Below, piece after piece: positions 9,750 through 19,062 of a stretch of DNA of 64,000 nt (position 1 is its first letter; each line of letters begins with the position of its first letter). A program made the position numbers and the translations under genes. This DNA is from Treponemataceae bacterium. GTDB lineage: Bacteria > Spirochaetota > Spirochaetia > Treponematales > Rectinemataceae. The notes below the pieces were generated by a model. It was not told the origin of the DNA. It ran no database searches and saw only the letters and a list, made by a program, of their open reading frames with translations. The DNA lies in contig CAXXGJ010000002.1 in NCBI GenBank assembly GCA_963677895.2, positions 32,001 to 96,000 of the forward strand, written 5' to 3'.

Positions 9750-10211
9750 ATGGTCAAGCGAGATGTAATAGGCAGTCTTGCCTGGATGGGCTTTGGGAGC
9801 ATTTTCGCGGTGAGCGCGCTGCAACAGGGGTTGTTTGCCAAGGGACTGCCCGGGCCTGGCCTTCTCCCGTTCATTTCAGGGGTCGCGTTGATCGCTATAT
9901 CCTTGTTTGTCCTTGTCCCCGCGCTCTACAAGGCCGATAAAGGGCACGGCAATGGAGTTCCCATGGCGCCGGGTGGGTTGAAAAAGGCGGTACTGGCAAT
10001 TATCGCGCTTCTTGCCTATAGCATTCTGCTCGAACCTATTGGTTACCTTATCGTAACGTTTGCTTTCATCCTCTTCGCGACGAGACTGATGGCCAAAGGG
10101 AGATGGTGGGTTTCCGTTACGGTTGCTGCCGTCGCTTCCGCTGCGAGCTATGTACTTTTTGTGGTACTTCTCTCGGTGTCGCTCCCTAAGGGGCTTCTGG
10201 CGTTCATCTGA
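9750..10211 (+). CDS. tctB: Tripartite tricarboxylate transporter small permease
   Basis: 4-5 TM segments, GPGLLP, C-terminal LSVSLPKG; lies between tctC and tctA. Confidence 0.88.
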   Translation: MVKRDVIGSLAWMGFGSIFAVSALQQGLFAKGLPGPGLLPFISGVALIAISLFVLVPALYKADKGHGNGVPMAPGGLKKAVLAIIALLAYSILLEPIGYLIVTFAFILFATRLMAKGRWWVSVTVAAVASAASYVLFVVLLSVSLPKGLLAFI

Positions 10212-10230
10212 AATTTCTTAGGAGGGCACA

Positions 10231-11733
10231 ATGAATTTTTTAGCTAATGCCGCTATGGCGTTCCAGGTAGCTTTGGAACCCTTGAATATATTATTCTGCT
10301 TTCTCGGTTGCCTTGTCGGCACTTTCGTGGGTGTATTGCCTGGCCTAGGGCCGGCTGCGTCCATATCGCTCTTGCTCCCCCTCACCTTTCTCATGCCCCC
10401 AGAAGCCTCGATTATAATGCTGGGAGGGCTCTATTACGGCACGATGTATGGCGGATCGACGACATCGATCCTGTTGAATATTCCCGGTGAAGCCGCTTCG
10501 GTCGTGACCTGTCTCGACGGGTATCAAATGGCGAAAAAGGGTCGCGCCGGCCCAGCGCTGGGAATAGCCGCTTTCGGTTCCTTTATCGCTGGTACTTTCG
10601 GGACCTTCCTGATTATGGTTCTTGCCCCGCCCCTCGCAAAACTGGCATTGAAATTCGGACCACCCGAATTTGTCGGGCTAGTATTCCTTGGCCTGACCCT
10701 GGTAACTTCCCTCTCGGGCGGCTCAAAGGCTAAAGCGCTGATGATGGCCGTCGTGGGGCTGCTCTTGAGCTATGTCGGCATCGATATTGTCACGGGCAGG
10801 GAGCGCTTTACTTTCGGAATCTCGACAATTTCCGGCGGCTTCGATATGGTACCGATTGCCATGGGGCTGTTTGGGATATCGGAAGTACTTATAAACCTCA
10901 CACAGCCAGAAGAAAAGCGAGAAATCTTCAATACGAGCGTACGAGAGCTCATGCCCTCCCAGCAGGATTGGAAAGACTCGGCTGGCCCCATCGGGAGAGG
11001 CTCGATAGTAGGTTTTCTGCTCGGCATCATCCCTGGCGGCGGTGGCATGTTGTCATCATTTGTTTCTTACGCGATGGAAAAGAAGCTTGCTAAACATCCC
11101 GAAAACTTTGGCTTGGGTGATATCCGTGGCGTAGCCGGCCCGGAATCGGCCAACAACGCAGGCGCTCAGGGCGCGTTCATCCCGATGCTGACTATGGGTA
11201 TCCCCTGCAACGTTACCTTAGCTATACTCATGGGAGCTCTGATGATCCATGGCGTTACGCCGGGGCCGCTTATGCTCGCCGAACACCCTCGCGTCTTTTG
11301 GGGAGTCATCGGGAGCATGTATATCGGCAACATAATGTTGCTTTTGCTCAATCTGCCTCTCATCGGGCTTTGGGTTAAAATGCTGAAAGTACCCTATGCG
11401 TTTCTGTTCCCGTTCATTTTTCTGTTCTGCCTCATTGGTGCCTTCACTATTGGGAACAATACGAGTGACATCCTGATAATGATCATTTTCGGCGTCGTTG
11501 GATTCTTGATGAAGAAGGGCGGCTTTGAGCCGGCTCCCCTTGTCTTGGCATTCGTGCTGGGGCCAATGTTCGAAAACGCTTTCAGGCAGTCACTTATCAT
11601 ATCCCGTGGGGACTTATCGATTTTTATAACAAAGCCTCTGGCGGCTGCATTCATTTTCGTTTCACTGGCGCTGCTTACGTGGCCGGTGGTTTCCAAGCTA
11701 TTTAAAAAGCATAGACCTTCAAAAGCGGTCTGA
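10231..11733 (+). CDS. tctA: Tripartite tricarboxylate transporter large permease
   Basis: GVLPGLG, YGGSTTSILLNIPGE, GPESANNA, PMLTMGIP. Confidence 0.95.
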   Translation: MNFLANAAMAFQVALEPLNILFCFLGCLVGTFVGVLPGLGPAASISLLLPLTFLMPPEASIIMLGGLYYGTMYGGSTTSILLNIPGEAASVVTCLDGYQMAKKGRAGPALGIAAFGSFIAGTFGTFLIMVLAPPLAKLALKFGPPEFVGLVFLGLTLVTSLSGGSKAKALMMAVVGLLLSYVGIDIVTGRERFTFGISTISGGFDMVPIAMGLFGISEVLINLTQPEEKREIFNTSVRELMPSQQDWKDSAGPIGRGSIVGFLLGIIPGGGGMLSSFVSYAMEKKLAKHPENFGLGDIRGVAGPESANNAGAQGAFIPMLTMGIPCNVTLAILMGALMIHGVTPGPLMLAEHPRVFWGVIGSMYIGNIMLLLLNLPLIGLWVKMLKVPYAFLFPFIFLFCLIGAFTIGNNTSDILIMIIFGVVGFLMKKGGFEPAPLVLAFVLGPMFENAFRQSLIISRGDLSIFITKPLAAAFIFVSLALLTWPVVSKLFKKHRPSKAV

Positions 11734-11773
11734 AGTTTCGCAAAACTATAAACGGGGCTATACTGTGCATCGA

Positions 11774-13672
11774 ATGTCAATAATCTACGTTATAGCCCCC
11801 TATCTCAAGCTGAAGGAGATAGCCGACTCATTGGCGCCTTCGTGCTCTATCCCAATAAAGACCGTCGTCGGTGACCTAGGGGCGGGCTTAGTCTTAGCCC
11901 ATGATGCCGTCGCTGAAGATTCCATCATTATAAGCCGCGGCGGCACGGCCAAGCTGATACGTGAAACCTTGAAGGTCGATGTCATCGAGATCGGCATCTC
12001 ACAGCTCGATCTGATGAGAACGCTGAAGCCTTATATTGGGGCGAAGAAGCGGATCGCGGTGGCCGGGTTCCGCACCCTCACCGAGCATGCAGAGAATCTC
12101 TGCAAAATCCTTGATATCCCCGCGAACTTCCTTCCTGTCGATGACGAGGCTGAGATGCCGGCCTGTATCGAGCGAGTTCACCGGATGGACGTGTCCTGCC
12201 TGATCGGTGATATGGTCGCGGTACGCTCCGCCGGCGACCTGGGCATACCCCTCTCCTTGATCGAATCGGGGCCAGATGCTGTAGCCGAAGCGATAGACAA
12301 GGCGGCGACCGTCGCTCGCAGCCTCATGTTCAGGCAGACGAGCGACCTCCGGATGGGTGCCGTCCTCAACACTGTGCGCGAGGGAATCATAGCTGTGGAT
12401 AGGGCCGGCATCGTAACACACGTCAATAGCACAGCCTGTGACCTGCTAGGCGCGGCAGCGAAGGTGGGGCTTCCCGCCGATTCGATCGTACCGGGGAATT
12501 ACGTCGATCGCGCCATGTCCGAGCGTCACGAAGTGTTCGGAATGCTTGTGGAGCTCAAAGACCGCCGCGCGGTGCTCAATGTCACGCCCATTGTCTCCCG
12601 CGATTCCGTCGAGGGAGCCGTCGTCGTCCTCCAGGAAATCGGAAAGATCCAAGACATAGAGAAGAAGGTCCGTCGGCAACTGAATGCCCGGGGGCTGGTC
12701 GCCAAGTATCGTTTCGAGGATATGGCTTCGCATTCGCCGGTGATGTGTTCCTGCTTGAGCGTAGCCCGCCAGTACGCCCGGAGCGTGAGCGCCATCCTCA
12801 TTTACGGCGAGACGGGGACGGGCAAGGAACGCCTCGCCCAGAGCATTCACAACGAGAGCTCCATGCGCGATGGCCCCTTCGTGGCGATCAACTGCGGGGC
12901 GCTTCCGTCCTCCCTCCTTGAAAGCGAACTCTTCGGCTACGAGGAAGGAGCTTTTACCGGGGCGGGCAGGGGTGGCAAGACAGGTCTCTTCGAGTTGGCC
13001 CACGGCGGTACTATCTTCCTCGACGAAATCAACGAACTGGATGTTCAGCTCCAGGGCAAGCTCCTGCGCGTCATCCAGGAGCACGAGGTTATGCGCGTCG
13101 GGGGCATCAAGGTCATCCCCGTATCCTTCCGTCTCATAGCCGCGTCCAACATACCCCTGAGGGAAGAGATAGAGCGCGGCAAGATCCGTCGCGACCTTTA
13201 TTACAGGCTCAATGTCCTAGATATCCGCCTGCCGCCGCTGAGGGAACGTTTCGAGGATATAGCCCCTCTGTTCGAGGGCTTCGTACGCGACTGCGCCATG
13301 CGCGATGGCGACAGGGCACCGTCGCGGCCGCCCGATTTCTTTCTCGAGGCGCTGAGGGCTCACGACTGGCCGGGTAACGTTCGCGAGCTAGAGAACGTGG
13401 CAGAAAAGTGGGCGGTCTTGAGGCGTCTGCTAGACGCGGAATCGGCGGCCCATTTGACGCTTGAATCCTTCACAGCCTTGGGCGCGGCCACGACGCGGAC
13501 CGGAGCGCCAGAGGATGCCGGCGATATGGCGATATCCTGCGATGGCTCCTTGGATGAAATTGCTTCCCGCGCGGTTCGGGCCGTACTGAAAGAGGAAGAC
13601 GGCAATATCTCACGCGCCGCTAGGCGGCTCGATATCGATAGGCAAACGCTTAGAAAGAAACTTGGGCTTTAA
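11774..13672 (+). CDS. Sigma54-dependent activator, PrpR-like (PrpR_N, PAS, AAA+, Fis HTH)
   Basis: IISRGGTA, GETGTGKE, ESELFGYEEGAFTGA, FLDEI, WPGNVRELEN, NISRAARRLDIDRQTL. Confidence 0.92.
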   Translation: MSIIYVIAPYLKLKEIADSLAPSCSIPIKTVVGDLGAGLVLAHDAVAEDSIIISRGGTAKLIRETLKVDVIEIGISQLDLMRTLKPYIGAKKRIAVAGFRTLTEHAENLCKILDIPANFLPVDDEAEMPACIERVHRMDVSCLIGDMVAVRSAGDLGIPLSLIESGPDAVAEAIDKAATVARSLMFRQTSDLRMGAVLNTVREGIIAVDRAGIVTHVNSTACDLLGAAAKVGLPADSIVPGNYVDRAMSERHEVFGMLVELKDRRAVLNVTPIVSRDSVEGAVVVLQEIGKIQDIEKKVRRQLNARGLVAKYRFEDMASHSPVMCSCLSVARQYARSVSAILIYGETGTGKERLAQSIHNESSMRDGPFVAINCGALPSSLLESELFGYEEGAFTGAGRGGKTGLFELAHGGTIFLDEINELDVQLQGKLLRVIQEHEVMRVGGIKVIPVSFRLIAASNIPLREEIERGKIRRDLYYRLNVLDIRLPPLRERFEDIAPLFEGFVRDCAMRDGDRAPSRPPDFFLEALRAHDWPGNVRELENVAEKWAVLRRLLDAESAAHLTLESFTALGAATTRTGAPEDAGDMAISCDGSLDEIASRAVRAVLKEEDGNISRAARRLDIDRQTLRKKLGL

Positions 13673-13684
13673 GATTCGCTGGAA

Positions 13685-13750
13685 TTAAAACTCCATCTGC
13701 ATTGTTGTACGCACTTCTTGTAGGGTGGCCATAGCCGCAGCGCGGGCGAT
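13685..13750 (-). pseudogene. Remnant copy of a trpS 3' end
   Basis: Reads ARAAAMATLQEVRTTMQMEF* versus TrpS ARAVAVETLQEVRAAMHMEL*; 27/36 nt identical (13691-13726 vs 15389-15424). Confidence 0.8.
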
Positions 13751-14040
13751 CCCATGCTGGCCGATCGCTGAGCCGTAAAAGGCGCAAATCATGGTTCCGA
13801 CGAAGTGCTGCTCCCTCCTCTGCCCGATGCCTTAGGATAGACGTCTTCCCGTGCTTTTGATTCCATTATTTAAGGAAATTTCCGCTTGTGAACTGATGTA
13901 AGAAAAGTCATCAGTATGATGTTTTTTCTGGTGAAAATATCATTGAAGAATATCATTGTATTATTGTAAAACATCTGATGATGTATACTTTTTTTCTTTT
14001 AACATATGCAATTACAAAGTTTGTGAAATGTATAATAACT

Positions 14041-14057
14041 TTGGCATGAAACTAGCA
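14041..14057 (+). promoter_or_regulatory. Second sigma54 (-24/-12) promoter
   Basis: TTGGCATG-AAAC-TAGCA, GG-N10-GC; AT-rich upstream; SD AGGAGG and ATG 14083 downstream. Confidence 0.65.
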
Positions 14058-14082
14058 GTTACACGCATAGGAGGAAAGAACA

Positions 14083-15120
14083 ATGAAACGACTTATGACT
14101 ATTGTTCTAACGTTGATGATGGTGTCGTCTTTCGCTACTGTTTTCGCAGATAATACGACTGCGGGCGCCATTAAGGCTGGCTCAATCCTGCAGGAAGACC
14201 TCCCTGTAGTGACTGAGACGAAAGGGATGCTGCTATACCGCTGGAATAGCTATATTTTCAATGAATTTGTCTTGCCCAACGGGAAACGGATTGTATTTGA
14301 TCCTTTTATGTACGATGTGAAGAATCAATACACACTGCATCCCGAAGTGAAAGCTTCTGATTACATAGAAGGTGCCGATTATATCATCCTCACGCATACC
14401 CATTTTGACCATGTGCGTGATCTGCCGGATTTGCTAGAGCATTGGCCGAACGCGTTTGTAGTCGTTCCTGAAGAGGGCGCGCTGTCGATGATCTATGCTT
14501 TAGGTTTGAATCCGTCTGGGATCCGGCTTTTGCCTGTGTCTGACGGGGAAAAACTAGAGTTCGACGATTTTACCTTAGATGTCTATCGTGGCATCCATAC
14601 GTTCCCGAGCGGGCTAAGCCCCAATGCTGGCAAGCTCGATATCAATAATAAAAGCTACAAAAACGAAGATGGTACGTTCAACTCGCTGAAATTCGATGCG
14701 GCCACCATGGGCGGCCGCGATATGATGAACTACAAGATCACTACGAACGACGGCTGGACGATCACAATGTGGGCTGGTCAGATGGACACAGAAACTAGAA
14801 AGTACTACTATCGTGACTCTAAGCCTGACTTTTTCTTCTATCAAAATGCCAAGGTTAACCTCGGCGGCGACCGCGACAATCCCAATACAATGGATTTGGC
14901 GAAGATGGTGGCTATGACCAATCCCAAGATCTGCATGCCCTGCCATCAGAATGACTCGTCTTGGGTTAATATACTAAAGGCGCACGATTACACCGCCAAG
15001 GATATCAATACTCTCGGTACCGGGTGCGCGACACAATTCTTCTCTCCGGATCCTAAGGACTGGTACGGCTTCAACAAGAATCAGGATGGCGAGATCAGCG
15101 CTTACGTCATCAAGAAATGA
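14083..15120 (+). CDS. Exported metallo-beta-lactamase-fold hydrolase (UlaG-like fold, substrate unknown)
   Basis: Signal peptide; IVFDPF, THTHFDH, PCHQ; lower GC than the flanks. Confidence 0.8.
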   Translation: MKRLMTIVLTLMMVSSFATVFADNTTAGAIKAGSILQEDLPVVTETKGMLLYRWNSYIFNEFVLPNGKRIVFDPFMYDVKNQYTLHPEVKASDYIEGADYIILTHTHFDHVRDLPDLLEHWPNAFVVVPEEGALSMIYALGLNPSGIRLLPVSDGEKLEFDDFTLDVYRGIHTFPSGLSPNAGKLDINNKSYKNEDGTFNSLKFDAATMGGRDMMNYKITTNDGWTITMWAGQMDTETRKYYYRDSKPDFFFYQNAKVNLGGDRDNPNTMDLAKMVAMTNPKICMPCHQNDSSWVNILKAHDYTAKDINTLGTGCATQFFSPDPKDWYGFNKNQDGEISAYVIKK

Positions 15121-15382
15121 CGAGTCGGTAAAAGGCGACGCCTTACGCCTGAAAAGTGGCTTATTGATTTTATTACGGTTGTGAAAGGGGCTGATGCGCG
15201 ATAGAAGAGTGCGTGAGCCCCTTCATATTTGAGCACTGAATCATCCCAGACAAGCTGGAGAGACGATTATCCTTAATGTATTCTCTATGATGGATCGAGA
15301 AGTATTTATTTCCTCCGTCGGATCGTTTGATTGCATTCTTTTCTACCCTTAGCGGCTTAATCTCCAGTAAAACCAAGGCTGC

Positions 15383-16459
15383 CTATAGCTCCATATGCAT
15401 GGCGGCGCGCACTTCCTGGAGCGTCTCGACGGCCACGGCTCTCGCGTTCTCGATGCCGCCAAGGAGCACTGACCTGATGTAGGCGGGGTCGGCCTCGAGC
15501 CTTGTGCGTTCGGCGCGCAGGGGGCGCAGGTATTCGTTGAGCGACTCCGTCAGGGTACGCTTGAGAGCGCCCGATCCCTGGTCTCCTATGCGGGCTGCTA
15601 TGTCCGCGGGCGCCTCGCCTGTGCAGAGCGAGCAGATGAGAAGCAAATTGGAGATCTCGGGGCGCTTTTCGGGGTCGTAGGTTATCATGCGATCCGCGTC
15701 TGTCTTGGCTTTCTTGATGAGGGCCGCGGTTTCATCTTCGGTGGAGCAGAGCATGATGGCGTTGTTTCGGCTCTTGCTCATCTTCTGGCCGCCGTCGAGG
15801 CCGAGAATGGTGGGTGCCGCGCTCAGCAGGGCTTGGGGTTCCGGAAATACGGGCTTGCCGGCGGCGAAGCGCTCGTTGAACCGGCGCGCTATGACGCGGG
15901 TCAATTCGAGGTGGGGCAGCTGATCCTTGCCCACGGGGACGGTATTGCCTTTGCAGAAGAGAATGTCCGCGGCCTGGTGAACGGGATAGGTGTACATGCC
16001 GGCGGTTATGTTCTTCATGCCCGAGGCGGCGATTTCTTCCTTGACCGTTGGATTGCGGTTCAGTTCAGCGTTGGTGACGAGGGTGAGAAAGGGCAAGAGA
16101 AGCTGGTTCAGCTCAGGTACATGGCTGTGCGGGAATATATGCGTTTTCCCGTTGGGAATGAGGCCCGCCGCGATGTAGTCGATGGTCAGCTCGCGCGTGT
16201 TTTCGGCGATGGCCTCGAAGGTTTCGCGGTCGGTGAGAACCTGGTAATCGGCTATGACGATATAGGTAGTGACGCCGAGTCTCGCGAGCCGCACGCGGTT
16301 CTGCAGGGAGCCGAACAGATGCCCGATATGCAGACGTCCGGTAGGTCTGTCGCCCGTCAACACCCGGTATCGTTCGGGGTGCGATGGGATATCTTTTTCC
16401 ATGGCCGCGCTTTTCGCGGCGGCCGCTTCGAATGACCCATATTCCATTTCGTCGGACAT
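15383..16459 (-). CDS. trpS: Tryptophan--tRNA ligase
   Basis: TGDRPTGRLHIGH, YPVHQAADI, VPVGKDQ, KMSKS. Confidence 0.97.
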   Translation of the reverse strand: MSDEMEYGSFEAAAAKSAAMEKDIPSHPERYRVLTGDRPTGRLHIGHLFGSLQNRVRLARLGVTTYIVIADYQVLTDRETFEAIAENTRELTIDYIAAGLIPNGKTHIFPHSHVPELNQLLLPFLTLVTNAELNRNPTVKEEIAASGMKNITAGMYTYPVHQAADILFCKGNTVPVGKDQLPHLELTRVIARRFNERFAAGKPVFPEPQALLSAAPTILGLDGGQKMSKSRNNAIMLCSTEDETAALIKKAKTDADRMITYDPEKRPEISNLLLICSLCTGEAPADIAARIGDQGSGALKRTLTESLNEYLRPLRAERTRLEADPAYIRSVLLGGIENARAVAVETLQEVRAAMHMEL

Positions 16460-16579
16460 TGTGTACTCCTGCGAGAGTTAGGGGACGCCGAGCGCCCAGA
16501 GGTTCGATTGCTGCCAGAATAAATCGCTTCGGGGCCCTTTATCAAGGGATATGAAGCGTGATCTCGCCGCGAGGCAGCC

Positions 16580-17023
16580 TCAAAGCTGGGCGGTCTCGCC
16601 TCGGGAAGGCCTGGGTTTTCGAATTTCCATCCAGTCGAGAGGGCGCGATACCACTGAAAAGCCGACCTTCTTGTAGACTTCGTGGGCATCCTTCGTTATG
16701 AGGAGCCACTGATAGACTCTCGCCATCGAGGGATGGTCCAGCATGCGGCGGATCATGCCCTGGCCGATGCCGCGCCCGCGGCATTCCTCGTCGACGTACA
16801 CGTCGAGAATATAGGCGAAACGCATTTTGTCCGAGATGGCGCGCGCGTAACCGACTTGCCGTCCCGACTCGTCGAAGGCGCCGATCACGAGCGCCGAATT
16901 CTCGGCGCCCTCTCGCACCTCGTCCAGTCCGATGCCGGGACACCAGTACGACTTCACGAGCATTTCGGTCACCCTCGTCAGGTCCATCGCGGCGATGCCG
17001 TCTTTGTATAGAATATTCGTCAT
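16580..17023 (-). CDS. GNAT family N-acetyltransferase
   Basis: VGYARAISD, DVYVDEECRGRGIG, AHEVYKKVGF. Confidence 0.88.
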   Translation of the reverse strand: MTNILYKDGIAAMDLTRVTEMLVKSYWCPGIGLDEVREGAENSALVIGAFDESGRQVGYARAISDKMRFAYILDVYVDEECRGRGIGQGMIRRMLDHPSMARVYQWLLITKDAHEVYKKVGFSVVSRPLDWMEIRKPRPSRGETAQL

Positions 17024-17024
17024 G

Positions 17025-18410
17025 CTAGATCCTTAAAATCATCCTCGCCGTCGTGAAATAGATCAATAGGCCGGTGATATCCACTATCGTGGTGAGCGCG
17101 GGGCTGGCGATGAGAGCCGGATCGGCGCCGAGCAAGGCGGCCCCGAGCGGCAAAGCCGCGCCTATTATCGTCGAAGCCACGACCTGAATGGCCAGAGCCA
17201 TGCCGATCGCGATTCCTATATCCAGGGCCGTGATGGCTCCCGAGACCTGCATATGCGAAGCCGAAGCCGTGAGCAGGACGCGCGCGAAAGCCAAGGCGCC
17301 CAGCACGATCCCCAAAAGCAGGGCTACCCTCAGCTCCTTCCAAAGTACCCTGAATCCATCCTTGGCCTGAATCTCCTTCAAGGCCAGCGAACGCACGATG
17401 ACGGCGGCCGACTGGCTCCCCGTGTTGCCCCCGGTGCTGGTGAGCATTGGCATATAGAAGGCGAGAATCATGAGGTTCGCGAGCGTCTGTTCGAAGGACT
17501 GCAAGACGGCGCCGGATACCAACCCCAGAAGCGCCAGGATGACGAGCCAGCCTACCCGGTTCCTGAAATGCGACCAGATGGTCGTGTGCAGATAGGGAAT
17601 GTTTTCGTGGCTGCCGGTGATGGCCATGAAGCGTTCCATATCCTCGGTCTGTTCCAGCTCCAGTACGTCGATGATATCGTCATGGGTGATAAGGCCGATC
17701 ATGACATCGTCGGCATCGACGACAGGCAGGGCCACGAGATCGTAGCGCGAAAACAAGTAGGCCGCTTGTTCCCTGTCGTTCAGCGCGTTGACGCTCTGAG
17801 GCCTGGCGTCCATTATTTCTGAAAGCTTCTTTCCGGGATTGGCGAGGATAAGGTCGGCGAGATTTATCGCTCCTTTCAGTTTCCTGGCCTCATCGATGGC
17901 GAAAATCATGAAAATCGAGTGCGCCTCGGCTCCTTCGAGCCTTATCCGCTCGATGGAATCCTTCACCGTCAAATCCTGGTTCAGCGCGATGTATTCGGAA
18001 GTCATCACGGAACCGGCCGTCCCCTCCTCGAACTGGGCAAGCCTCCTGATGTCGTCGCGTTCCTTTTTGGCCAGTATGGGCAGGAGGGCTTCGAACTTTT
18101 CGCGTGGAATAGCCTTGAGCAGATCGACCCTGTCGTCCGGGTCCAGCGATTCGGCGAGTCTGGCGAGGTCGGTGGTGTCGAGCAGGTCGGAAGCGTCGAT
18201 CTGGTAGGCGAGAGGAAGCTCGCGGAAAACATCGGCCGCCCTGACTTCCCCAAGGATTCTCATCACCTCGAGCGTCTCCGCGGGATCCAATCCAGTGAGT
18301 ATTTCCGCTATGGCGGTGGGGTGGAGGTCGCGAAGGAAGTCGAGGATATCGTCGCTTTTACCTTCTTCGAGAAGGTGCGCGAGATCCGGGGCGAGCAGTT
18401 GATCCAGCAT
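17025..18410 (-). CDS. mgtE: Magnesium transporter MgtE
   Basis: MgtE_N, CBS pair (TAGSVMT, LPVVD..GLITHDD), GGNTGSQ, DPALIASPALTTIVD. Confidence 0.95.
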   Translation of the reverse strand: MLDQLLAPDLAHLLEEGKSDDILDFLRDLHPTAIAEILTGLDPAETLEVMRILGEVRAADVFRELPLAYQIDASDLLDTTDLARLAESLDPDDRVDLLKAIPREKFEALLPILAKKERDDIRRLAQFEEGTAGSVMTSEYIALNQDLTVKDSIERIRLEGAEAHSIFMIFAIDEARKLKGAINLADLILANPGKKLSEIMDARPQSVNALNDREQAAYLFSRYDLVALPVVDADDVMIGLITHDDIIDVLELEQTEDMERFMAITGSHENIPYLHTTIWSHFRNRVGWLVILALLGLVSGAVLQSFEQTLANLMILAFYMPMLTSTGGNTGSQSAAVIVRSLALKEIQAKDGFRVLWKELRVALLLGIVLGALAFARVLLTASASHMQVSGAITALDIGIAIGMALAIQVVASTIIGAALPLGAALLGADPALIASPALTTIVDITGLLIYFTTARMILRI

Positions 18411-18458
18411 GGCAGCCTCCTTGGCCCAATAGGGCCAAACCCGACCGGATCCAGGGAA

Positions 18459-19052
18459 TCAGGTTCCGGACGCCGATCGGAGGAGCAATTCGAGGACTAT
18501 ATCGGCTTCGAGATTGGCGACGATGGCTACGCGCGGGGCGACAGGCGGCGAGTCGGGCGTCACTTCGTTCTCGAAATCCCCGCAAAGATGAAGCCTGCCG
18601 CGGCGCACGATCTTTATGGACTCGAAATGACCAATGCCCGCGAGACCCGACGCCGCCACGACCTGGGTTTCGGGGAAAGCGTCGAGGCAGGTTTCGATGA
18701 GCATGGCCTTGGCCTCGGCGTCGTCGAAAGCTTCCACGATCACGTCGCAGCCCTTGTACAGCCGGAGCAGGAACTCCGGATCCAGGCGGAGCCTGTGGAC
18801 GGCGATCTCAAGGCTCGGTTCTATTCTTCTGAGGTTTTCGGCTAGGGCATCGACCTTGTATTCTCCCACTTGGTCCTGGAAATAGTACTGCCGATCCAGG
18901 TTAGCCGCCGATACTCTATCAAAATCGGCCACGACGAGCCGGCGGACTCCCGCCCTGACCAGCGCGACGGCGCAGTTGGATCCGAGTCCGCCGGCTCCGG
19001 CGATTCCCACTTTTGCCCGTGAGAATATCTCGCGCAGTCTGTCGCGTTCCAT
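18459..19052 (-). CDS. thiF: ThiF-type sulfur-carrier adenylyltransferase
   Basis: VGIAGAGGLGSN, DFDRVSAANLDRQ, VEAFD, APRVAIVA. Confidence 0.85.
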   Translation of the reverse strand: MERDRLREIFSRAKVGIAGAGGLGSNCAVALVRAGVRRLVVADFDRVSAANLDRQYYFQDQVGEYKVDALAENLRRIEPSLEIAVHRLRLDPEFLLRLYKGCDVIVEAFDDAEAKAMLIETCLDAFPETQVVAASGLAGIGHFESIKIVRRGRLHLCGDFENEVTPDSPPVAPRVAIVANLEADIVLELLLRSASGT

Positions 19053-19062
19053 AAAGTAAAGA

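Larger units (their letters stand above)
2749..15380. mobile_element. Probable composite genomic island at the trpS 3' end (no integrase in the window)
   Basis: Visibly more A/T at third codon positions than the flanks (not computed); truncated gene at the left edge; trpS-3'-end-like scars at 2802-2872 and 13685-13750; 11-bp direct repeat at 2749 and 13763. Confidence 0.5.

Noticed and set aside
14083..15120. True beta-lactamase
   Set aside because: HxHxDH is shared by the whole fold; the remaining motifs look UlaG-like, not class B beta-lactamase.
16460..16579. T-box leader for trpS
   Set aside because: The gap is too short and has no T-box consensus or terminator.
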